Assembly: GCA_963826115.1 (NCBI GenBank)
Contig: CAWGVS010000006.1
Location: forward strand, 320,001-384,000
Source: an uncultured Candidatus Rokubacteria bacterium
Lineage (GTDB): Bacteria; Methylomirabilota; Methylomirabilia; Rokubacteriales; DASRDR01
DNA: 64,000 nt
Reading direction: 5' to 3'
The translations under genes were made by a program, and so were the position numbers. Of this stretch, positions 53,201 through 60,407 are shown in pieces; the stretch's first letter is position 1, and each line of letters begins with the position of its first letter. Below the pieces are notes generated by a model. The model ran no database searches, was not told the origin of the DNA, and saw nothing but the letters and a program-made list of their open reading frames with translations.

Positions 53201-54150
53201 ACGCTCCGGCCGTCCAGCCGGCGGTCGGGGACCCGCCGGCGCCTCGGATCCGCGGGGTGGGGATGATCACGGGGTGGGGCGAGGGCGTCGCGGCCCTCCC
53301 GGACACGCCGCCGAGCGGGGTCGAGCGAGGGCGCGGGCTGATCACGGCGCCGACCCCCGTCCTCGACGGGGACCGGTTCCGGCGCGCCTCGCGGGAGTGC
53401 CTCCTCGCCGTCGCGGCCGCCAAGGCGGCGGTGGCCGACGCCGGACTCGCCGAGGCGGCGCTGGCCGGCCCGCGAACGGGTATCCTGTACGTGAGCGCCA
53501 CCGGGTACGCCGCGGCGAACCGGGCGTTCCTCGAGGACGAAGCGTCCACGACGCTGCACTTCCCGTACACGTCACCCAGCGCGGTGCCCGGGGAGGTGAC
53601 GATCGAGCTTGGAATCCGCGGGCCGTACGTGAACCTGATGGGTGGCGGGCCGGCGACCCTCGAGGCGCTCTGGTGGGCGGCGCGCTGGCTGGCCGAGGGC
53701 CGCGCCGACCGGGTGCTCGTGCTGGCCATGGAAGCGTTCCACGAGGTGCGGGACCTCTTCGGTCGGGCACGACGACTCTACGTCGGGCCGCTCGTAGAGG
53801 GCGCGGCCTGTCTCCTGCTCGAGCCGGAGACGGGAGGGACCGTGCGCTGGGCAACGGCCCTGGCCGGGTCCGGCGGCACGCGGCGGGCGGTGGCCGCGGT
53901 GCTCGGGCGGGTGCTGGGGGACGAACGGCCCGGTCTCGTATGGAGCGGCGCCACGGGAACGAGCCGGCAGGTCGCGGAGGGGGAGATCCTCGCGGCGCGG
54001 GGCGCGCCCTCCCCGGCGCCGCGCTTCGGCGAGGCACTCGCCATGGGCCCGCTGCTCGCGCTGGCGCGGACCGGCGCCGGGGGCCGGCCCCCCTGGCTCC
54101 TCACCGCCACGTGGCGCAGCGAATACGCGGCGCTCCTCTGGGCCCGCTAG
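53197..54150 (+). CDS. Ketosynthase-like chain length factor (CLF1), no catalytic Cys
   Basis: FRRASR, FPYTSPSAVPGEV..ELGIRGP, EGAA; no Cys at the active-site position (GGGPAT); shortened C-terminus. Confidence 0.75.
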   Translation: MNAPAVQPAVGDPPAPRIRGVGMITGWGEGVAALPDTPPSGVERGRGLITAPTPVLDGDRFRRASRECLLAVAAAKAAVADAGLAEAALAGPRTGILYVSATGYAAANRAFLEDEASTTLHFPYTSPSAVPGEVTIELGIRGPYVNLMGGGPATLEALWWAARWLAEGRADRVLVLAMEAFHEVRDLFGRARRLYVGPLVEGAACLLLEPETGGTVRWATALAGSGGTRRAVAAVLGRVLGDERPGLVWSGATGTSRQVAEGEILAARGAPSPAPRFGEALAMGPLLALARTGAGGRPPWLLTATWRSEYAALLWAR

Positions 54151-54169
54151 CAGCGATACGGGAGGACGG

Positions 54170-54445
54170 ATGGACGAGCAAGCGATCATCGCGGAGCTGC
54201 GCGACATCGTCGTCAAGCGGCTCCGGTTCGATCCCGCGCGACTGACCGCGCTGAGCGCGGAGACGCCGCTCCCCAAGGGCGTCCCCGGCGCCCTCGGGCT
54301 CGACTCCCTCGACTTCATCGAGCTGTCGATCGCGCTCGAGGAGCGGTTCGGCATCGTGATCCAGGAAGGGGAGGACGTGGCGGCCCACTTCGGGACGTTC
54401 GGCGCCCTGGTGCGCTTCGTGGGCGCGCGGGCGCAAGGAGCATGA
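54170..54445 (+). CDS. Acyl carrier protein
   Basis: LGLDSLD phosphopantetheine motif, LEERFGI; GGAGG SD. Confidence 0.92.
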   Translation: MDEQAIIAELRDIVVKRLRFDPARLTALSAETPLPKGVPGALGLDSLDFIELSIALEERFGIVIQEGEDVAAHFGTFGALVRFVGARAQGA

Positions 54446-54452
54446 GCGCGGC

Positions 54453-55670
54453 GTGAGGTGCGTCCTCGTCACCGGGCTCGGTGTCGTCAGCCCGTACGGC
54501 GCGGGGCGGAGCGCGTTCTGGGCGGGCCTGGCGGCGGGGCGGTGCGCCATCGGGCCGATCGACCTCTTCGACACCGCGGGGTTTCGCGCGCGCATCGGCG
54601 CCCAGGTGCCGGCCGACGTGGACCTCCACCGCATCTCGCGGCGCCGCTCGCGCGCGGACCGGTTCGGGATCGCGGCGGCGGACGAGGCGGTCCAGGACGC
54701 GGGCCTGTCCCGGGCCGAGCTCAGACCGGCCGCGGTGATCGTCGGCGGCATCGGCGGCGGCATGCTGGAGACCGAGGCCTGGTTCTGGCAGCGCGAGCGC
54801 GACGGCGTCGACGATCCGAAGCTCCGGGCCTCCCTGCGGACCGTCCTGCCGTTCTCGCACGCCGACATCGTCGCGCGCCGCTACGGGACGACGGGCCCCA
54901 AGGAGACCGTGGTGCTCGCCTGCAGCTCCGGCGGGGCGGCGCTTGGGCTCGCGGCGGAGCTGGTGGCCTCGGGCGAGGTGCCGCTGGCCCTCGCGGGGGG
55001 TGTCGACGCGATGACCCGTATCTGCTTCATGGGCTTCAACGCGCTCAAGCTGCTCGACCCCGAGCCCTGCCGCCCGTTCTCCCAGGACCGCCGGGGCATG
55101 TCGCTCGGCGAGGGCGCGGGCTTTGTCGTGCTGGAGGACGCGTCCCACGCCCGGGCGCGCGGCGCGCGCGGCTACGCGGAGCTGGCCGGCTACGGGCTGA
55201 CGACGGACGCCTGGCACCTCACGTCGCCGCACCCGGACGGCGAGGGGAGCGGGCGCGCGATGGCGGAAGCGCTCGACCGAGGGGGAGTTCCCGCGAGCGC
55301 CGTGCAGTACGTGAACGCCCACGGGACCGGGACACCGCAGAACGACCGGGTCGAGGCGGCCGCCCTCAAGAAGCTCTTCGATCCGGACGCGGTGCTCGTG
55401 AGCGCCAACAAGTCCCTCGTGGGCCACGCGATGGCGGCGGCCGGCGCGATCGAAGCGATTGCCACCGTGCTCACGCTGGTCCACCAGCTGATCCCGCCGA
55501 CCGCCAATCTCACCGTGCCGGATCCCGAGATCGGCTTCGACTGCGTGCCCACCGTCGCGCGCTCCGCGCCGATGGAGTGCGCCCTGTCGAACTCCTTCGG
55601 GTTCGGTGGCCAGAACCTGAGCCTCCTGTTCCGGCGCGTGGCGGTGTCACGGAGCGTCGATGGCGCCTGA
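54453..55670 (+). CDS. Beta-ketoacyl-ACP synthase (KS2, FabF-like), active Cys-His-His
   Basis: VTGLG, LACSSG, CRPF, GEGAG, NAHGTGT, KSLVGH, NSFGFGG. Confidence 0.92.
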   Translation: MRCVLVTGLGVVSPYGAGRSAFWAGLAAGRCAIGPIDLFDTAGFRARIGAQVPADVDLHRISRRRSRADRFGIAAADEAVQDAGLSRAELRPAAVIVGGIGGGMLETEAWFWQRERDGVDDPKLRASLRTVLPFSHADIVARRYGTTGPKETVVLACSSGGAALGLAAELVASGEVPLALAGGVDAMTRICFMGFNALKLLDPEPCRPFSQDRRGMSLGEGAGFVVLEDASHARARGARGYAELAGYGLTTDAWHLTSPHPDGEGSGRAMAEALDRGGVPASAVQYVNAHGTGTPQNDRVEAAALKKLFDPDAVLVSANKSLVGHAMAAAGAIEAIATVLTLVHQLIPPTANLTVPDPEIGFDCVPTVARSAPMECALSNSFGFGGQNLSLLFRRVAVSRSVDGA

Positions 55671-56925
55671 CCGTACCGAGCAGGCCCGGCCGAGGATCGT
55701 GGTCACGGGCATCGGCAGCGTGAGCGCGATCGCCGCGGGCACCGGATCCCTCGTGGCGGCGGCGCTCGCCCGGGGGCACTCCGGCATCGGCCCGGTCCAG
55801 GGCTTCCCGACGGACGGGTACGCGAGCCGTCTCGGCGCCGAGGCGGCCGACGTCGGGGCGCACCTCCAGGATGGCGAGGCGCGCCGGCTGTCCCGGGCCA
55901 GCCAGCTGGCGGTGGTCGCCGCCCGGTTCGCCCTGACGGACGCGGGGCTGTCGCCGGACCCGCAGCCGCCCATCGGGCTCGTGCTCGGATCGCACTGGGG
56001 CGACTTCCGCTCGTCGGTGAGCTTCGTCCGGGGGTTCCTCGAGCGCGGGATCCTCGGGCTCTCGCCGCTCGTCTTCCCGAACACGGTGCTGAACGCGGTC
56101 GCCGCGCAGGTGTCCATCGCCGCAGGGGTGCGCGGCCCCATGCTCACGCTCAGCGAGCTGGACGTGGCCGGCGAGCTGGCGGTAGCGCGCGGCGCCGCCC
56201 TCATCGCCGCGGGCCGGGCGAGCGTCGTCCTGGCGGGCGGGTGGGACGAGCTCTCGCCGGTCCTCTACCGCGAGCTGTGCCGGCTCGGCACCGTGTCTTC
56301 CCGCGAGCCGGGACCCGAGGGGTGCTGGCCGTTCGATCGCCGGGCGAACGGGACGGTCCTGGGCGAGGGCGCGACGTTTCTCGTGCTGGAGGCGGCGGAT
56401 GCCGCTCGCGCTCGGGGGGCGCGCGTCTATGCCGAGCTGGTCGGGGCGGCGTCGGGCAACCTGCCGGGTGCGGCGCACGGCTTCCCCCCGCCGCGACGCC
56501 GGGAGCCCGCGGTGGTGCGCCGCGCGCTCGCGGCCGCCGGGGTTGCCGCGGCGGAAGTGGAGGTCGCGTACCTCACGGGGGCCGGCCATCCGGCGCACGA
56601 CGCCTGTGAGCTCGACCTGGTGACGCGGGCGCTCGGCCCCGCGCCGACCCGCCTCACCGCGCTCACGCCGCTGGTCGGCGAGCACGCGGGCCTGAGCGGG
56701 CTCCGGGCCGCGGCGGCGGCGCTCGCGGTGGCCGGGGCCGACGTGCCCGCGCTGCCCGATCTCGCCGACCCGATCCGGCCCGACCTTCGCCTGGTGACCG
56801 GGACCTATGCCGGCCGGTCCCCGGACCCACCGGCGACCGCGCTGGTCCACGGGCTGGCCCGCGGCGGCAGCCACGTCGCGCTCGTGTTCCGGGCTGCCGA
56901 CGGGGACCGGCGGCGCGCGGCATGA
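55660..56925 (+). CDS. Ketosynthase-like chain length factor (CLF2), no catalytic Cys
   Basis: VVTGIG, SPLVFPNTVLNA, GEGA; ELDVAG replaces xACxSG and LTGAG replaces HGTGT. Confidence 0.8.
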   Translation: MAPDRTEQARPRIVVTGIGSVSAIAAGTGSLVAAALARGHSGIGPVQGFPTDGYASRLGAEAADVGAHLQDGEARRLSRASQLAVVAARFALTDAGLSPDPQPPIGLVLGSHWGDFRSSVSFVRGFLERGILGLSPLVFPNTVLNAVAAQVSIAAGVRGPMLTLSELDVAGELAVARGAALIAAGRASVVLAGGWDELSPVLYRELCRLGTVSSREPGPEGCWPFDRRANGTVLGEGATFLVLEAADAARARGARVYAELVGAASGNLPGAAHGFPPPRRREPAVVRRALAAAGVAAAEVEVAYLTGAGHPAHDACELDLVTRALGPAPTRLTALTPLVGEHAGLSGLRAAAAALAVAGADVPALPDLADPIRPDLRLVTGTYAGRSPDPPATALVHGLARGGSHVALVFRAADGDRRRAA

Positions 56926-57692
56926 CCGGCGGGCTGTGGGCCGTGGTCCCGGTGTTCGACGAGGGGCGCACGCTCGGGCGGGTCGTGGAGCGGCTCCGTG
57001 CCTACTGTCCCGTGATCGTCGTGGACGACGCCTCGACCGACGGCAGCGCCGACGTCGCGGCGCGGGCGGGCGCCGCCGAGGTCCTCCGTCACGCGCGCCG
57101 GGAGGGCAAGGGCGCCGCGCTCCGGACCGGCTTCCGCATCGCGCTCGAGCGCGGGGCGACCGCCGTCGCGACCCTGGACGGGGACGGCCAGCACGACCCC
57201 GAGGACCTGCCGCGCCTGCTCGCTGCTCACGCGCGGACCCCGGACGCCCTCGTGCTGGGCGATCGGCTGGGCCCCGCCGCCGGCGACCCGATCCCGCCGC
57301 TCCGACGCGCGGCGATTCGGACGGCGGACCGGACCCTCGGGCCGCTGCTCTCCGCGCGGCTCTCGGACAGCCAGTGCGGGTTCCGGATCTATCCCGGCGC
57401 GTTCTTGCGCAGCGTGCCGCTGGGCGAGGAGGGATTCGTCCTCGAGACGGAGGCGCTGGTCCGGGCGGCCCGCGCGGGCCATCCGCTCATCTCGATCCCG
57501 ATCCGGTCCGTGTACCTCCGGGGGCGCCGGAGTCGCTTCCACGCCGTGCTGGACGTGGCGCGGATCGCCCGGTACCTCGTGCGCGCCTCCCTCGGCGACC
57601 GCTCGGGCGCCACGGCGCGGCCGGTGCCCGTGGCGCGCGACGTGCGCCTCGCGCCCGATCTCCGAACGACTGTGAACGCGTCGGGCGCCTGA
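56922..57692 (+). CDS. Family 2 glycosyltransferase (DPM-synthase-like)
   Basis: VVDDASTD, GKGAAL, LDGDGQHDP, DSQCGFR. Confidence 0.9.
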   Translation: MTGGLWAVVPVFDEGRTLGRVVERLRAYCPVIVVDDASTDGSADVAARAGAAEVLRHARREGKGAALRTGFRIALERGATAVATLDGDGQHDPEDLPRLLAAHARTPDALVLGDRLGPAAGDPIPPLRRAAIRTADRTLGPLLSARLSDSQCGFRIYPGAFLRSVPLGEEGFVLETEALVRAARAGHPLISIPIRSVYLRGRRSRFHAVLDVARIARYLVRASLGDRSGATARPVPVARDVRLAPDLRTTVNASGA

Positions 57693-57731
57693 GCGGGCCC
57701 GGGCGCCGATCGCAGTGGGATCGTCCCGATC

Positions 57732-58937
57732 GTGGTGACGGGGGCCGGCGTGCCGCGCCGGCGGCGGCTGTTCCCCCGCGGCTATGGCTTCGCGGTCGCC
57801 GGCATCGCGGTCGGGATGGCCGGACTGGTGGCGCTCGGCGCGCTCTCCGATCGCCTCAGTCGCTTCATCGACGGCGGACACCGCTTCGTCCTGGGGCAGA
57901 TCTCGGTGGCGGGCGCCGGGATCGGAACGGGCGCCGGGTTCACCGCGGGAGGGCTCCTGCGCCGGCAGACCATCGAGGCGATCCGACGCGTCCCCGGGGT
58001 GGCGGCCGTCCAGGCGCAGGTGATGCTGCCGCTGAACCCGTCGACGTCGCAGCTCTTCTCCGTGAACCAGGAGCTCGTCGTGGGCACGGACTTCGGGGTT
58101 CCGTCGCCCAACCGGAACTACCCGACCTATCCCATCGCCGAGGGGCGCGCTCTCACCGCGGGCGACCGCGGGCGGGTCGTGGTCGGGGCCGAGCTGGCCG
58201 CGGGGCGCGGGCTCCATCCCGGCGCCCGGCTGCGGATCGCCGAGCGGGACTTCGAGGTCATCGGGGTGGGGGAGCGCCTGCTCACGGCGCCCGACCGCTT
58301 CGCCCAGGTGACGATCGAGGACGCCCGCGAGCTGTGGCTCGCCCTCGACCCGACGCTCCGCGCCCTGTTCATGACCGGGATCCTCGCGCCGACCGACGTG
58401 AACAGCGGCGCGGCGGTAGGATGGGCCGCGGGCGTCGATCCCGACTCCCTGGCCGAGCGCATCCGGCGGGAGGTGCAGGGTGTCAACGTCGTCGCGCCGG
58501 GCGAGGTGGCGCGCCAGCTCGCGGGATCGACGGCGTTCTTCTCCTGGCTCATGGCCGGCGTCACGGGAATCGGCCTCCTGATCGGCGGGCTCTCCCTGTC
58601 GAACACCGTCGCCGCGGGGACCTTCGAGCGGATCCGCGACTTCGGGATCAAGCAGGCGCTCGGGGCCACGGACCTCCGGCTCCTGGGTGAGGTCCTCCGG
58701 GAGAGCCTGGCGGTCAGCCTCGCCGGCGGCGTCCTGGGCACGGTCCTCGCGGTGCTGGGCGGGACGGCGGTCGACACGCGCGCGGGGCAGGCGGGCCAGC
58801 GGCTGTTCCTGTTCTCGCCCCGGCTCGTGGTCTTCTCGCTCGGATTCGCGGTGGTCCTGGGCGCGATCGCGGGCGCGTACGCGACGGTGCGGATCCTGCG
58901 CCTCTCGCCGGCCGAGGCGATCCGCCGTGGCGCCTGA
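57732..58937 (+). CDS. MacB/FtsX/LolE-type ABC permease
   Basis: One N-terminal TM, large periplasmic domain (AEGR), ERIRDFGIKQALGA, three C-terminal TMs, PAEAIR. Confidence 0.88.
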   Translation: MVTGAGVPRRRRLFPRGYGFAVAGIAVGMAGLVALGALSDRLSRFIDGGHRFVLGQISVAGAGIGTGAGFTAGGLLRRQTIEAIRRVPGVAAVQAQVMLPLNPSTSQLFSVNQELVVGTDFGVPSPNRNYPTYPIAEGRALTAGDRGRVVVGAELAAGRGLHPGARLRIAERDFEVIGVGERLLTAPDRFAQVTIEDARELWLALDPTLRALFMTGILAPTDVNSGAAVGWAAGVDPDSLAERIRREVQGVNVVAPGEVARQLAGSTAFFSWLMAGVTGIGLLIGGLSLSNTVAAGTFERIRDFGIKQALGATDLRLLGEVLRESLAVSLAGGVLGTVLAVLGGTAVDTRAGQAGQRLFLFSPRLVVFSLGFAVVLGAIAGAYATVRILRLSPAEAIRRGA

Positions 58938-59643
58938 GTCCGTGGCGGCCGGGGGGCCCCCCCTCCTCCGAGCCCGCGGGCTGACCAAGCGCTTCGGAAC
59001 GCCGGACGGGCGGGTGCTCGAGGTACTCCGCGGGATCGACCTCGCGCTGGCGCCCGGCGAGGTCGTGGCCGTGATCGGACGCTCCGGCTCGGGCAAGTCC
59101 ACGCTGCTGAACCTCCTCGGCTGCCTCGACCGCTGCGACGGGGGCGAGCTCTGGTTCGGCGACGAGCGGCTGACGGAGGCGGGGCGGCGGGCCCTGGCCG
59201 CCTTTCGCGGCCGCCGCCTCGGCTTCGTCTTCCAGAGCTACAACCTCATCCCGGAGCTCACGGCGCGGGAGAACGTGCTCCTGGCCGCGCGCTACGTGGG
59301 GCGCCCGCGAGGGGAGGCCGAGGCGGCCGCGCGGCGCCTGCTGGAGCGCCTGTCCGTCTGGGAGCGCGCGGAGCAGTACCCGCCGACGCTGTCGGGGGGC
59401 GAGCAGCAGCGTGTTGCGTTCTGCCGGGCGGTGCTCAACGATCCGGCGGTGATCCTGGCCGACGAGCCGACGGGCAACCTGGACGCGGAGAACGCCGCCG
59501 TGCTGCTGGCCGAGCTCAGGTCGCGGGCGCACGAGGGCCGCGCAGCGGTGCTCCTGGTGACCCACAGCGCGGAGGTCGCCCGCGCCGCGGACCGCACGCT
59601 GATCCTGGTGGATGGCCAGCTGGTGGAGAACTTGCCGACCTGA
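58927..59643 (+). CDS. LolD/MacB-type ABC ATP-binding protein
   Basis: GRSGSGKST, GFVFQSYNL, LSGGEQQRV, ILADEPTGNLD, VTH. Confidence 0.9.
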   Translation: MAPESVAAGGPPLLRARGLTKRFGTPDGRVLEVLRGIDLALAPGEVVAVIGRSGSGKSTLLNLLGCLDRCDGGELWFGDERLTEAGRRALAAFRGRRLGFVFQSYNLIPELTARENVLLAARYVGRPRGEAEAAARRLLERLSVWERAEQYPPTLSGGEQQRVAFCRAVLNDPAVILADEPTGNLDAENAAVLLAELRSRAHEGRAAVLLVTHSAEVARAADRTLILVDGQLVENLPT

Positions 59644-59681
59644 CAGCGTCTTACTCCTGCCCTCGGCGCCGCGCGATGGGC

Positions 59682-59704
59682 TACTCACTGGGCTTAGTTG
59701 AGTA
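59682..59704. promoter_or_regulatory. Palindromic putative operator in an AT-rich intergenic region
   Basis: TACTCA-N11-TGAGTA inverted repeat. Confidence 0.35.
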
Positions 59705-59876
59705 CATTTCATTCGAATTGTTGCGAAGATCATGAGGGGCTGGGCCACATGAAGTGCAAAGTCCCGAACCCCGCAGAGGGTTTCGTCTTGCTCACTTGCG
59801 AGAGAGCCTCTACAGTAAGGGCCGTCGGCCATGTGACGGTCGCAGCACCAATCGGGAACGGCGAGGTGTACGCAAG

Positions 59877-60407
59877 ATGTCCACGCTACGGTCCACGGCG
59901 CTAGTTATTGGGCTACTGGGTGCGCTGGCGGCGGTCGGCTGCCTGGCTCCCACGTGGGCTGCGGCGCAAGTACCGACGATGGTCGCGCCCGGCGGCGCAC
60001 CGCGTGCGGGCAGTGGCCCCATGGAGGTTGAGGGCTTCGTGCGAGCGATCTCAGGGGACGTGCTCGACGCCCGCCTTCCTCCCGGTCGGACCGTGATCGC
60101 CATCGTCGGCATCCGGGCACCCGCCGGCAACACGCCGTGCGGCCAGGCGGCGACCGCGTTCGTGCAGGCGCTCGTCGCCGAGGGCGCGCGGTTCGAGGAA
60201 GAGCCCGGGCTCGCGTTCGATGCTCGTTCGCGCCGGCTCTACAACGTCCTGACGCTCGACGGGCGTTCCGTCGCCGACGAGGTCGTGGCGGCCGGACTGG
60301 CGCGGGCGAACGGCAGCGGGAGCGGCACGAGCCGACTGGTCGATCTGGAGACGGCCGCTCGCGACGCGCGCCGCGGCTGTGTGTGGCAGGCGGGAGGTGC
60401 CCCGTGA
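59877..60407 (+). CDS. Exported thermonuclease (SNase)-like protein with degenerate catalytic site
   Basis: Signal peptide; ISGDV, IVGIRAP, DARSRRL, AGLAR, ARDARRGCVW align to the SNase pattern. Confidence 0.75.
   Translation: MSTLRSTALVIGLLGALAAVGCLAPTWAAAQVPTMVAPGGAPRAGSGPMEVEGFVRAISGDVLDARLPPGRTVIAIVGIRAPAGNTPCGQAATAFVQALVAEGARFEEEPGLAFDARSRRLYNVLTLDGRSVADEVVAAGLARANGSGSGTSRLVDLETAARDARRGCVWQAGGAP

Noticed and set aside
51959-56925. Housekeeping fab operon or aromatic type II PKS
   Set aside because: No fabD/G/H/plsX, two Cys-less KS partners, no cyclase/aromatase and no Gln-type CLF
59750-59800. c-di-AMP (ydaO) or c-di-GMP riboswitch suggested by CCCGAACCC
   Set aside because: The other conserved elements (GCTGAA, GGGGTGAAT, CAGCTAAC; GCAAA..GAAA) are not present in the right arrangement
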